This document shows, piece after piece, positions 16,287-25,395 of a DNA stretch of 64,000 nucleotides (position 1 is its first letter; the number at the start of each line of letters is the position of its first letter). The position numbers and the translations under genes are program-made. The stretch covers positions 48,233-112,232 of the forward strand of contig JACRJM010000002.1 in the NCBI GenBank assembly GCA_016219965.1, in the 5' to 3' direction. The notes under the pieces were generated by a model, which made no database searches, was not told the DNA's origin, and saw only the letters and a program-made list of their open reading frames with translations. The stretch comes from Candidatus Schekmanbacteria bacterium. Its GTDB lineage: Bacteria > Schekmanbacteria > GWA2-38-11 > J061.

Positions 16287-16394
16287 GTGAAAGAAGATAT
16301 TCCTGAAAAGGGCGATTTTATTGCAGTCACATTCAATCCCCAGTCCGGGCATGAACAGAAAGGCCGCCGCGCGCGTGGGACCTGCGCATTATAA
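16287..16394 (+). pseudogene. mazF: Truncated MazF/PemK-family toxin (N-terminal 28 aa or so only)
   Basis: A GTG lies directly after the mazE stop. The translation is VKEDIPEKGDFIAVTFNPQSGHEQKGRR, which matches the MazF N-terminus (GD.....F.P..GhEq.G.R). It then diverges (ARGTCAL) and stops at 16392-16394. Confidence 0.7.
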
Positions 16395-16454
16395 AAGATA
16401 CACCCCCGAAGTTAATCCTGCGACGAAAAAAGAGATTTTCACCATCTAAATTAA

Positions 16455-16487
16455 CATAGTATGTCGAAAAAATGTCGACATACTATG
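16455..16487. promoter_or_regulatory. Perfect 12-bp inverted repeat upstream of abiEi (candidate operator)
   Basis: CATAGTATGTCG (16455-16466) and CGACATACTATG (16476-16487) are separated by 9 nt. The site ends about 30 nt upstream of the AbiEi ORF. Confidence 0.55.
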
Positions 16488-16514
16488 CTCAAATGTGCTA
16501 TTTTATAGTATGGG

Positions 16515-17177
16515 ATGTTTCAAGGAGACGGTAGAGTGACAATAAACATACTTCGTAAAAAGGTAAAGGGTGAGGAGTTTGATTATCAGATCCTCCTTGA
16601 CTGTCTAAAGGGAGTGAAATGCCCGCGCGACAAGATTACAAACATGCTCAAGCGTGGTATGATAATTCGTATTAAGAAGGGCATCTATGTCTTTGGCAAG
16701 GATTATGCCCGAAGTCCTTTCTCAAGGGAAGTGCTTGCTAATATGATTTATGGACCTTCCTATATATCGCTTGAATATGCCCTTCATTATTATGGGTTTA
16801 TTCCTGAGCGCGTCGAGGCATTGACATCAAGTACATGCGGACGCGGGCGGAAATTTTCAACGCCTGCCGGATTGTTTATTTATTGTTCGATACCGCGAAA
16901 GGCTTACAGCAAAGGGATAGACAGAGTAGAAATCTCGGGTGGAAGCTCCTTTCTGATAGCTGTACCGGAGAAGGCGCTTGCAGACAAGGTATTCCTTGAC
17001 AGGGGGACAGGCATAAAGACACAAAGAGAAATGGAAAGATATCTGAGCGAGAACCTTCGTATTGACTTTAGTCAACTGGAACGTCTTAACCATAATTTGA
17101 TTTGTGAGCTTGCATCTTGCTATGGCTCAAGGAAGATAAGGCTGTTAAGCGAGCTCATCCATAAGTCAGCAAAATAA
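16515..17177 (+). CDS. abiEi: AbiEi-family type IV TA antitoxin / transcriptional regulator
   Basis: 220-aa ORF; the GTG at 16536 after AAGGAG is an alternative start. It has the IRIKKGIYVF motif typical of AbiEi winged-helix N-domains. It sits directly upstream of abiEii. Confidence 0.7.
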   Translation: MFQGDGRVTINILRKKVKGEEFDYQILLDCLKGVKCPRDKITNMLKRGMIIRIKKGIYVFGKDYARSPFSREVLANMIYGPSYISLEYALHYYGFIPERVEALTSSTCGRGRKFSTPAGLFIYCSIPRKAYSKGIDRVEISGGSSFLIAVPEKALADKVFLDRGTGIKTQREMERYLSENLRIDFSQLERLNHNLICELASCYGSRKIRLLSELIHKSAK

Positions 17178-17192
17178 AAAAATGAATGATAT

Positions 17193-18059
17193 ATGAATGA
17201 AGTAATTTCAAAAATGATTTCTGCCTATGAGTGCAGGACGCTCGACGACTATGTAAAGGCACTTCGCGAGATTATGCAGGAAGTTGCCCTCCTCGGACTT
17301 TGGAGAAGCAAATTTTTCGAGCATTCTGCTTTTTACGGCGGAACAGCGCTGCGGCTTCTTTACGGATTGGACCGCTATTCGGAGGATCTTGATTTCTCGC
17401 TTCTTAAAGCTAACCCGGATTTTAACATTTCGCGGTATCTTAATGTCCTGAGAAATGAGCTGGTGTCATATGGCTTTGATGTAAGCCTTGAGAAAAAGAA
17501 GAAAGGAGAAGGCACTGCAATCCAATCTGCTTTTCTAAAGGCTGATACATTGAAGCAGCTTATCGTAGTTGAAGCTCAGAAAAATATAGTAGCAGAACTG
17601 CCGCGAGGAAGAATAATAAAAATTAAACTCGAAATCGATACAAATCCACCGGCAGGATTTGAAACTGAAACAAAGTTCCTGCTTCAGCCTATCCCTTTTT
17701 CAGTCAAAGTCTTTTCATTGCCTGATCTTTTTGCGGGAAAGATGCACGCACTTCTCTGCAGAAACTGGAAAAGCAGGGTTAAGGGACGTGACTGGTATGA
17801 CTTTGTCTGGTATGTTTCAAATCATCCGAATTTAAGGCTTTCACATCTTGAAAAAAGAATGCAGCAGAGTGGACATATAAGGGAAGAAGAACATCTTGAA
17901 GAAGATGAATTCCGCTCAATGTTGAGGGAAAAAATAAAAGCGGTTGACGTAGTACAAATTAAAAAAGAGGTAACTCCATTCCTAAAAAATCCGGATATGA
18001 TTGCAATATGGTCTGAAAAGTTTTTCCTGAGCCTGATAGAGAAAATTAAAATTGTATAG
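17193..18059 (+). CDS. abiEii: AbiEii/AbiGii-family nucleotidyltransferase toxin (DUF1814)
   Basis: 288-aa ORF with the signature FYGGTALRLLYGLDRYSEDLDFS, and K.HALL.R...RDWYD downstream. Confidence 0.85.
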   Translation: MNEVISKMISAYECRTLDDYVKALREIMQEVALLGLWRSKFFEHSAFYGGTALRLLYGLDRYSEDLDFSLLKANPDFNISRYLNVLRNELVSYGFDVSLEKKKKGEGTAIQSAFLKADTLKQLIVVEAQKNIVAELPRGRIIKIKLEIDTNPPAGFETETKFLLQPIPFSVKVFSLPDLFAGKMHALLCRNWKSRVKGRDWYDFVWYVSNHPNLRLSHLEKRMQQSGHIREEEHLEEDEFRSMLREKIKAVDVVQIKKEVTPFLKNPDMIAIWSEKFFLSLIEKIKIV

Positions 18060-18095
18060 AGAAGAAAAACATTTCTTATCCTAAACAGGCTTTTT

Positions 18096-18308
18096 TTATG
18101 CGACTATAAGTTCAACAGGGAAAGGCTGGTCAATGCCGACGGTTTTGCTGACATAAAGTTTTTCAATCCCTATTACTTTGCCATTCTTATCTTTTTTAAG
18201 AATAACACCTTCCCCTACCTCTTCGCATAGAACCTCATCCTCGGGATTCCCAAACCAGATATCCATTGTGTCCGATTTCTTGTGATAATAAACAATTACC
18301 TTGTCCAT
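18096..18308 (-). CDS. DUF2283-domain protein (putative antitoxin-like partner)
   Basis: 70-aa ORF. The segment DTMDIWFGNPEDE...GVILKKDKNGKVIGIEKL is typical of DUF2283. It overlaps the upstream small ORF by 13 nt. Confidence 0.7.
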   Translation of the reverse strand: MDKVIVYYHKKSDTMDIWFGNPEDEVLCEEVGEGVILKKDKNGKVIGIEKLYVSKTVGIDQPFPVELIVA

Positions 18309-18613
18309 ATCACATCTCCTTCCTTTACTTTCTCTGTTGGATAAGCTGTAATTATAAAACCTTTCATTCCCGAATTCTTAACTACTACACAATATAGTCT
18401 ATCAATCAGTTTGTAGTAAAGGAAAACATTCCTGTCTGTCCTGCTCTGTTTGATTTCATCAGGAAATTTCAAAGTATTTTTTACAGCTTCTTTCTTCCCC
18501 TTCATAATCGGGTGCTTTATTGTGGTGATATAAAGCCAATAGTTTTTTGTTGTTCTTACCTCAATATTAAGAGGTGTCATTATTGAAAAAAATATTTTTT
18601 CCTCAAAATACAT
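18296..18613 (-). CDS. Small hypothetical protein, putative toxin-like partner of DUF2283
   Basis: 105-aa ORF; the real start may be the internal Met (MTPLNIEV...). The C-terminus (GFIITAYPTEKVKEGDVIW) resembles small toxin families that pair with DUF2283. The family name is not certain. Confidence 0.4.
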   Translation of the reverse strand: MYFEEKIFFSIMTPLNIEVRTTKNYWLYITTIKHPIMKGKKEAVKNTLKFPDEIKQSRTDRNVFLYYKLIDRLYCVVVKNSGMKGFIITAYPTEKVKEGDVIWTR

Positions 18614-18635
18614 AAGATGTTCTCAGACTTTATAC

Positions 18636-19364
18636 TTAGCTTTTCCTGAAACGGTAGCTTAGGAATACCATTGCAAGACCTGCCGGAAATAGAAGGCCAG
18701 AGCTTGGTTCAGGCACCGGATTGACACATATCTGCTGGCCGTTGTTAAGTTTGCCCGGATTGCCGAAACCTGTTCCCCAGGGGCTTATGGCTGATGCTGC
18801 AAATGATGATAAAAGGGTTTCGTCAGATGACGTTATAAAGAGTTTGTAGATTGAGTTGTTAATGGCAATATCTGGGAAAATAAAATCCTGAAGCAATATG
18901 TCATTTCCGTTTCCTGCAATTCCGTCAATGCTGTCAATGAGCGAGATTTCCTCGCCGGTGTTAAGCAGGCTCATTGCCGAGGAAGTGACTCCTGCATAAA
19001 TTGACGAATCCGTATAGAGGGAAGAAAAACTCACAGCGCCTGCCGGCTCGCTTATAACAGCAAATGTGCCGTCGGGTATTGAATGTATGTCAGCATATCC
19101 GGAAAGCTGTATGATGGATTTGTAGCTTGCCCCGCCATTGTCGCTAAACATGAGTCTTGAAAGGTTAAGGATATTTCCGGTGCCATTGTATATCTCGATC
19201 CATTCTCCGCCGGTATCAGAAACCGGATGGTCATACATTAGTTCGCTTATCTCAATACCGTCGCTGATATTAATTGGCGAAGCTACGGAGACAGAGGTGA
19301 GAGTGATGAGGCATACAAAAGATAAAACAGCACAGCAGATAAAACCAAAGTTACATTTTTTCAT
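18636..19364 (-). CDS. Secreted lamin-tail-domain protein with PEP-CTERM sorting signal
   Basis: The start at 19364 follows AAGGAGG. A signal peptide is present (MKKCNFGFICCAVLSFVCLITLTSVSVA). The LTD-like motif is ISELMYDHPVSDTGGEWIEIYNGTG. The C-terminus is VPEPSSGLLFPAGLAMVFLSYRFRKS. Confidence 0.75.
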   Translation of the reverse strand: MKKCNFGFICCAVLSFVCLITLTSVSVASPINISDGIEISELMYDHPVSDTGGEWIEIYNGTGNILNLSRLMFSDNGGASYKSIIQLSGYADIHSIPDGTFAVISEPAGAVSFSSLYTDSSIYAGVTSSAMSLLNTGEEISLIDSIDGIAGNGNDILLQDFIFPDIAINNSIYKLFITSSDETLLSSFAASAISPWGTGFGNPGKLNNGQQICVNPVPEPSSGLLFPAGLAMVFLSYRFRKS

Positions 19365-19494
19365 ATTATCCTCCTTGTTTGTTAAAATAATATAAAATAA
19401 ACAAAAAAGAGCAAATAATGTCAATAGAAAAGTTTGTGGAAATTTTAAGGTTAAAAAGCAGAAGTTGAAAAAAGAGGTGAAGCTATTAGTAGTT

Positions 19495-20655
19495 TTAGCT
19501 TCTAAGCGCTGTCACTATATTAGTTCTTGAGGCTTTGAATGCAGGGAGCACGCCTCCGATAAAGCCCATGATAACGGCAAAGAGCATGGACTGAAAAGCA
19601 ATGCGCGGGGAAAGTTCGAACTTGAAGGCTATTTCCGAGAAGGTCTGAAAATTCATTGTAGAGACTGTTATAAGCTGCATGAAAGATGCAGCGGCAAGAC
19701 CGATTATTCCACCTGATAATGATAAGAAAAGGCATTCAATCATAAATGCCATCAGTATGCTTCTCCTTCTAAACCCTATGGCGCGCAATGTCCCGATCTC
19801 TCCGGTCCTTGCACCTACCGATGCATACATCGTTATCATTGCTCCTATTGTGGCGCCAAGGCTGAAGATAATAGTGATGGTAAGCCCCAGAAATTTTATG
19901 AATGTAGAGAATACTTCAGATTGTTCCGCGTAGTATACTCTTTCCCTCTTAATCTCTGCTGTGAGCCTCTGATCAGCCTCAATCCGTTCCTTTAGCGCTT
20001 CAAAATCTGAAACGGCTCTAAGTCTCATGGTGACAGATGAATAGACAGGTCTTCTGAAAGCGCTCATAATCTGTTCCGAATCACCCCAAATCTCGGAATC
20101 AAAGCCGCTGTTCTGTGCATCGAAGATACCAACAACCTTCCAATCCTGCCCTGAAAATCTTATTGTCGCCCCGAGCTCAACTCCGAGGAAATTCTTGTGT
20201 ATAGAGCTTCCCACAATTATTTCGCGAAGCCCTTTCTGCCATGCTCTTCCTGACTTTATCTTTACCTGTGGACGGAGGGACATACCGTTTTCTCCTGTCC
20301 CTCTTACGGTTACATTTGACATTGCCCCTGTTGACTTCTTGGGAAGAGTTATGAGGATGACTGTTTCTTTAGCTACCATAGGTTCGCCGCCTCTGCTAAC
20401 TGCAATCTCAGGATTGTTTATAATCAGGTTTGCCTGTTCACGGGTAAGACTGCTCTGGATTTCTGTTTGTGATGACTTCCTGATGACAATTACATTATCA
20501 TCTGAGCCTGTATCCACTAATGTTTTTTCAAGTCCATGCGAAAGCATGAGCACGTCTGCGAAGACAAACACTACCAGCGCTATTCCAAGCGCAGTAAGAG
20601 TGCTTGTAAACCTCCTGGCAAGCACATTCTTGATATTGTAGCTGATGGGTATCAT
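19495..20655 (-). CDS. ABC transporter permease, FtsX/MacB-like
   Basis: 386-aa ORF. It has an N-terminal TM helix, a large periplasmic domain, and a C-terminal FtsX-type 3-TM bundle (GTLRAIGFRR...). Confidence 0.8.
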   Translation of the reverse strand: MIPISYNIKNVLARRFTSTLTALGIALVVFVFADVLMLSHGLEKTLVDTGSDDNVIVIRKSSQTEIQSSLTREQANLIINNPEIAVSRGGEPMVAKETVILITLPKKSTGAMSNVTVRGTGENGMSLRPQVKIKSGRAWQKGLREIIVGSSIHKNFLGVELGATIRFSGQDWKVVGIFDAQNSGFDSEIWGDSEQIMSAFRRPVYSSVTMRLRAVSDFEALKERIEADQRLTAEIKRERVYYAEQSEVFSTFIKFLGLTITIIFSLGATIGAMITMYASVGARTGEIGTLRAIGFRRRSILMAFMIECLFLSLSGGIIGLAAASFMQLITVSTMNFQTFSEIAFKFELSPRIAFQSMLFAVIMGFIGGVLPAFKASRTNIVTALRS

Positions 20656-20665
20656 AATCCTGTCT

Positions 20666-21820
20666 TCATCCTATTTTTCTCAAGCTTGTAGCTATTGGCG
20701 TATTGATTGCTCTCCATGCAGGAAAGAGTGATGCAAGAATACCTACTGCGAATGCAATCAGGAGTCCCATCCATATGGTATCGTTTGATACGCTGATTAC
20801 AGGAAGGTATGTTTCAATAGCCTTGCCGAATATTTTTACCAGCGGGAATGTAAGCGGGATCCCGATAGCTGCTCCGCCTGCGGCAATGGTGAGCGATTCC
20901 CCCAATATAAGCGAAAAGAGTTTTCTTCCGCCGAATCCCATCGCTTTTAAGGTTGCATATTCCGGTATTCTTTCTCTTGCCGCCATTGCCATGGTGTTTA
21001 AAAGTATGACGAGTATTATGACTATTATTATGGCTGAGACAATTCTAAGAGCCTTTACAATCGCCTCCACCATGGAAAGAAAGCCAAGCTGGAAGGCCTT
21101 TTCAGTCTCGGTGATTGTCTCTGATGAGGAGTTCTTGAACATAGCGTCAATCTCGTTGCTTATTTTTGCCGCATCATCAGGGTTCTCTATCCAGAAGAGA
21201 AACCATCCCACATGATCTACTTCTGAGGGCATAATGATTTTTTTTCTCTCATTGAGATAATCCCATCTGAAGAAGAACATGGTCTCATCCACGGATTTTT
21301 TCGATGCCTTGTAAAGACCTTCAATTACAAAATCCCATTCCCCGGCAAATATGTTCCCCGTAATTCTTACGGTGTCCCCTTTTTTCCAGCCGAACCGGGC
21401 AGCAAGTTTTTTCCCCACTATGCAGCCATTGCGGTGAATCTCAAAGTTTCTTCTTTCCTCAGGGGTGATCAGTATTTCCGGATAGAGCTTGAGATAGTTG
21501 GTGTCTATGGCAAAATTGGACATGAAGTTTTTTTCATCCTTGTAATAACCTCCAAACCAGTTTCCATAGCCTATGTTTTTTATTCCCTTAATCTTGGCAA
21601 TTTTTTCTTTATAGGAAAGCGGGATCGGAGTGATTATAGAAATGGAATTTCTTGTCACCATGCGGTTATCCGATGCCATCTCGACTCCAAAGTACCATGC
21701 AGAGATTACCGTCCTTATAAGGATGAAAGACATTATTGCTATGGCAAGTCCAAGGATGGTAAGCGCAGAGCGGAGCTTGTGCCGGGTAACGTTTCTTATC
21801 GCAAGTTTTGCAAGGTTCAT
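20666..21820 (-). CDS. ABC transporter permease, FtsX/MacB-like
   Basis: 384-aa ORF with the same architecture as its neighbour. The segment YATLKAMGFGGRKL is present. Confidence 0.8.
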   Translation of the reverse strand: MNLAKLAIRNVTRHKLRSALTILGLAIAIMSFILIRTVISAWYFGVEMASDNRMVTRNSISIITPIPLSYKEKIAKIKGIKNIGYGNWFGGYYKDEKNFMSNFAIDTNYLKLYPEILITPEERRNFEIHRNGCIVGKKLAARFGWKKGDTVRITGNIFAGEWDFVIEGLYKASKKSVDETMFFFRWDYLNERKKIIMPSEVDHVGWFLFWIENPDDAAKISNEIDAMFKNSSSETITETEKAFQLGFLSMVEAIVKALRIVSAIIIVIILVILLNTMAMAARERIPEYATLKAMGFGGRKLFSLILGESLTIAAGGAAIGIPLTFPLVKIFGKAIETYLPVISVSNDTIWMGLLIAFAVGILASLFPAWRAINTPIATSLRKIG

Positions 21821-21835
21821 ATTTATTTAAAGATG

Positions 21836-22510
21836 CTAAACCAAAACACCTTTATCCAGATGCCTTATGGTGTGTGCTTTTTCAGATGCACGCGGATCAT
21901 GGGTGACCATGATTATGGTTTTTTTAAAGTCCTGGTTCATTTGACCAAGCAGTGCGAGGACCTCTTCTGCAGAGCGCTTGTCAAGTTCACCGGTCGGCTC
22001 ATCTGCCACTATCAGGTTTGGATCGGCGACTATTGCACGCGCTATGGCAACCCTCTGTTCCTGCCCCCCAGAAAGCTGGCGTGGATAATGATCCATCCTG
22101 TTTGCAAGCCCCACCAGGTTTAACGCAGTGATGACATGTTCTTCCCGTTCCTTCTTTGAAAGGTTTGTAAGGAGCAAAGGGACCTCCACGTTGTCAAAAG
22201 CAGTGAGTACCGGGATTAAATTATATGACTGAAAGACAAAGCCCACGTTTCTTGCCCTCCATCTGGCAAGGTCCGTTTCATTGAGCGTGGTTATGTCAAC
22301 ACCGTCAATTATGATAGAGCCTCTGTCTGCTCTGTCTATGCCAGCTATGAGATTTAAAAGAGTAGTCTTTCCAGACCCTGATGGTCCCATGAGGGTAAGG
22401 AATTCTCCCTCCGGGATTGAAAGTGAGATATCTTCAAGCACTGGAATCTCTAAACTTTCCCTCCAGTATGACTTGAAAACATCTTTGATCTCTACAAGAA
22501 CCGCACTCAT
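21836..22510 (-). CDS. ABC transporter ATP-binding protein (MacB/LolD type)
   Basis: Walker A is GPSGSGKTT, the ABC signature is LSGGQEQR, and Walker B is LIVADEPTG. Confidence 0.9.
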   Translation of the reverse strand: MSAVLVEIKDVFKSYWRESLEIPVLEDISLSIPEGEFLTLMGPSGSGKTTLLNLIAGIDRADRGSIIIDGVDITTLNETDLARWRARNVGFVFQSYNLIPVLTAFDNVEVPLLLTNLSKKEREEHVITALNLVGLANRMDHYPRQLSGGQEQRVAIARAIVADPNLIVADEPTGELDKRSAEEVLALLGQMNQDFKKTIIMVTHDPRASEKAHTIRHLDKGVLV

Positions 22511-23805
22511 TTTTCCGCTACCTCTATTTTAGCTCCGGATTTGAGAGAATCAGATGGATTAAGTACGAGCTTCTCTCCGGGGTTTACACCGCTTTTTATT
22601 TCAACGAGGTCTCCAAGTTGTCCACCAGTCTCAATCTGTTTTTCCGTTACGGTAGAGTCGGTTACAACGAATACGACTTTCCTGCCGTCCCTTGTCGCGA
22701 TTGCAGTTGAGGTAATGGCTGTTCGGGGATTTGATAACATGTCATCAGTTGCTTCTTCCGAAAGGAATGATATCCTTGAGCTCATCTCAGGGAGGACCTT
22801 TGAATCAATGTCCGTGAATTTTACCTTGGTCATTATAGTCGCCTTGGCTCGCTCTGCGGTTGGTACTATCATGTGGACCTTACCGCGGTATCTTTTGTCA
22901 GGATATGCATCGAGAGTAATGATGCAGGGCTGTCCTATTTTTACGAGATTTATATTTGACTCTGAAACATCAGCCTCTACAAGAAGCGATGACATATCAG
23001 CCATAGTGACAACTGCGGCACGCGAATTTACAGAAGATGCAAATGGAGCGACAATCTCGCCTACGTCTGCATTTTTTGTAAGAATCGTGCCGTCAAATGG
23101 AGCCCGGATGTATGTATAATCAAGCCCGACCCTTGCCTCAGAAACGCTTGCCTTTGCTGACAAAGCTAAAGCTTCCGCAGAGTCAAAACCTGCAACCGCT
23201 TTTTTGTATCTAGCCTCGGCAATATCGAAAGATGATTTTGATACCGTGCCGCTGTCTACGAGTTTCTTTTTCCGGTCGAGGTCAAGCTTGGAATCATCAA
23301 GCTCTGCCTTAGCCTGTTTGTGAAGGAAAAGGGCAGAATCAAGGTTAGCCTCGGCTCTCTTTAAAGCTGCTTCCGTATCCCTGTTTTCAAGCCTGCCGAT
23401 TATTTCTCCCTTTTTTACCTGGTCACCCTCTTCAACGTTAAGGACCTCAAGTCGCCCTGTGCCTTTGGAAGCCACTGCGGCTTTGCGTTCAGCAACCACA
23501 TATCCTGTGGCGTTGAGAGTTGTTTTTGCCTGGAATGGATATACGGAACTCACAGTAGTTATCTCGACTTTTGCAGTTGGCGTGAATACTCCTTTTTGGT
23601 AAAGAAGAAAGGCGAGAAATATTAATACTACTGCTGTTATGGAACGCGTTATGTATCTGCGCCGTTTCTGTTTAGCATAAAACTGATTTTCTGATGTCCT
23701 GTTAATCTTTAATTTGTCAATTTCCATAAGTTCCCTCGCTGGCAGCAGTGAAATTTCTCTTCTCTTAAAATATCCTTCTTTATATGAAATAAAAGAGTTT
23801 TTCAA
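22507..23805 (-). CDS. Efflux periplasmic adaptor (HlyD/MacA family)
   Basis: 432-aa ORF. It has an N-terminal TM helix, a coiled-coil hairpin region, lipoyl and beta-barrel segments (IRAPFDGTI), and a 4-nt overlap with the ATPase gene. Confidence 0.8.
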   Translation of the reverse strand: MKNSFISYKEGYFKRREISLLPARELMEIDKLKINRTSENQFYAKQKRRRYITRSITAVVLIFLAFLLYQKGVFTPTAKVEITTVSSVYPFQAKTTLNATGYVVAERKAAVASKGTGRLEVLNVEEGDQVKKGEIIGRLENRDTEAALKRAEANLDSALFLHKQAKAELDDSKLDLDRKKKLVDSGTVSKSSFDIAEARYKKAVAGFDSAEALALSAKASVSEARVGLDYTYIRAPFDGTILTKNADVGEIVAPFASSVNSRAAVVTMADMSSLLVEADVSESNINLVKIGQPCIITLDAYPDKRYRGKVHMIVPTAERAKATIMTKVKFTDIDSKVLPEMSSRISFLSEEATDDMLSNPRTAITSTAIATRDGRKVVFVVTDSTVTEKQIETGGQLGDLVEIKSGVNPGEKLVLNPSDSLKSGAKIEVAEK

Positions 23806-24069
23806 TAAGTATGGGTTTCTGAAAAAGAATTTACATAAGCTGTAAATAAATGTTGATTAATATGTAAAACTCTTTAATATTGCTTCTTAACAAAAAAACA
23901 AGTACTCGAACACTGATCCTGCGAAGTACGATTCCCCATCCACAATACCTGATCCAAAAGCCGATAGTCGCAATATTTTTTTTCTGGCTCTGATTTAGAC
24001 TGACATTTTGGAAAAGAGAATTGTCTTTATTTCTAACTTTAAAACGGGGTATAGCTCTAAATTAACACT

Positions 24070-25395
24070 ATGAAAGATGATTCATTTACATTAAATGACG
24101 GCTCCAATATAGCTGTAATCGGAAGCGGTCCGGCAGGTTCTTTTTTCAGCATCTTTGCCTTAAAGATGGCTAAGCTTGTTGGAAAAGAAATCAATATCAC
24201 CATATTCGAGCCTAAAGACTTCCAGAAGAAAGGACCCAGAGGATGCAACCATTGCGGCGGTGTCATTTCTGAGCGCTTAATCCAGATGCTTGCCGTTGAA
24301 GGAATAAATGTTCCACCTGAAGTAGTGCAGAGAGGAATAGATTCATATTATTTTTATACCAACTCCGGCGATGTCCATATTAAAACTCCTTCGGACGAGA
24401 AAAGAATAGCAGCCGTTTATCGCGGCATAGGACCAATAGATACTGAAGAGAGCATAAAAAGTTTTGATCAGTTCCTGCTTGATATCGCAATTGAAGAAGG
24501 AGCTGTACATCAGCCTGTAAAGGTAGACCATGTTATTTGCGGAAAGAAGCCCATGCTTTTTTCAAAGCTTGATAAACTTATGGAGGCTGATCTTGTTGTG
24601 GGAGCTTTTGGAGTGAACAGCGTGTCATCGGCAATTTTTGAATCCGCCGGGTTCGGCTATAAAAAGCCTGAAACAACTACTGCATCTATTTCGGAATTCC
24701 ATCTTGGCAAAGAAAAGGTGAGGGAGTATTTTGGAAGTTCAATACATCTCTTTTTATTGCCTATCAAGGATATAAAATTTGCAGCTATTATTCCCAAGGT
24801 GGAACATGTGACGGTCTGCATACTTGGCAGGGAAGTGAATAAGGAAACAGTTCAAAACTTTCTAAGCCATCCATCGGTAAAAAAGGTGCTCCATGAAGAA
24901 GTGCTGACAGAGCAGTCGTGCATGTGTTTTCCCAAGATGAATGTAAGCGCCGCGAAGAATCCTTTTACCGACAGGGTAGTCGTGATAGGGGATTCAGGGT
25001 CTGCAAGATTGTATAAGGATGGTATCGGGGCTGCATATACCACGGGGAAAGCAGCGGCAAAAACTGCTATCCTTTACGGAGTGGGTAGGAATGATTTCAG
25101 GAAATATTTTTCTTCTGCCTGCAAAGGTATAAATACTGATAATCTGTATGGGAAATTCCTCTTTGGAGTGACGGATACTTTAAGGGAAAGATTAATTCTC
25201 TGCGAAGGAGTTATGGAAACACTCAGAAAAGAACAAGCTTTTAATGGTGAACCAAAAAGATTGAGTTCAATTTTATGGGATATGTTTACAGGGAACGAGC
25301 TTTATAAGAATATCTTTTTCAATTCTCTTCATCCTAAAATGAATGTAAGATTGTTATCAGATTTTGCAACTACGGTGTGGAGGAGACTCAAATGA
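24070..25395 (+). CDS. FAD-dependent oxidoreductase (geranylgeranyl-reductase-like)
   Basis: 441-aa ORF. The N-terminal dinucleotide fold is IAVIGSGPAGSFFS, and a VIGDSGS segment is present. Confidence 0.65.
   Translation: MKDDSFTLNDGSNIAVIGSGPAGSFFSIFALKMAKLVGKEINITIFEPKDFQKKGPRGCNHCGGVISERLIQMLAVEGINVPPEVVQRGIDSYYFYTNSGDVHIKTPSDEKRIAAVYRGIGPIDTEESIKSFDQFLLDIAIEEGAVHQPVKVDHVICGKKPMLFSKLDKLMEADLVVGAFGVNSVSSAIFESAGFGYKKPETTTASISEFHLGKEKVREYFGSSIHLFLLPIKDIKFAAIIPKVEHVTVCILGREVNKETVQNFLSHPSVKKVLHEEVLTEQSCMCFPKMNVSAAKNPFTDRVVVIGDSGSARLYKDGIGAAYTTGKAAAKTAILYGVGRNDFRKYFSSACKGINTDNLYGKFLFGVTDTLRERLILCEGVMETLRKEQAFNGEPKRLSSILWDMFTGNELYKNIFFNSLHPKMNVRLLSDFATTVWRRLK

Noticed and set aside
9960-16400. 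A complete integron (intI plus attI plus Pc).
   Set aside because: No tyrosine-recombinase-like ORF occurs on either strand next to the array or anywhere in the window. Only the attC cluster can be claimed, as a CALIN-type array.
16365-16425. GC-rich stretch plus GTTAATC after the mazF remnant as a half attC.
   Set aside because: Only a weak GTTRRRY-like box is present and no partner box exists. The evidence is too thin to call.
21434-22123. 229-aa plus-strand ORF, along with 20195-20641, 20703-21215 and 22541-23119.
   Set aside because: These lie antisense within the well-supported MacAB-like operon. Their products are low-complexity or Cys/His-rich, with no RBS.
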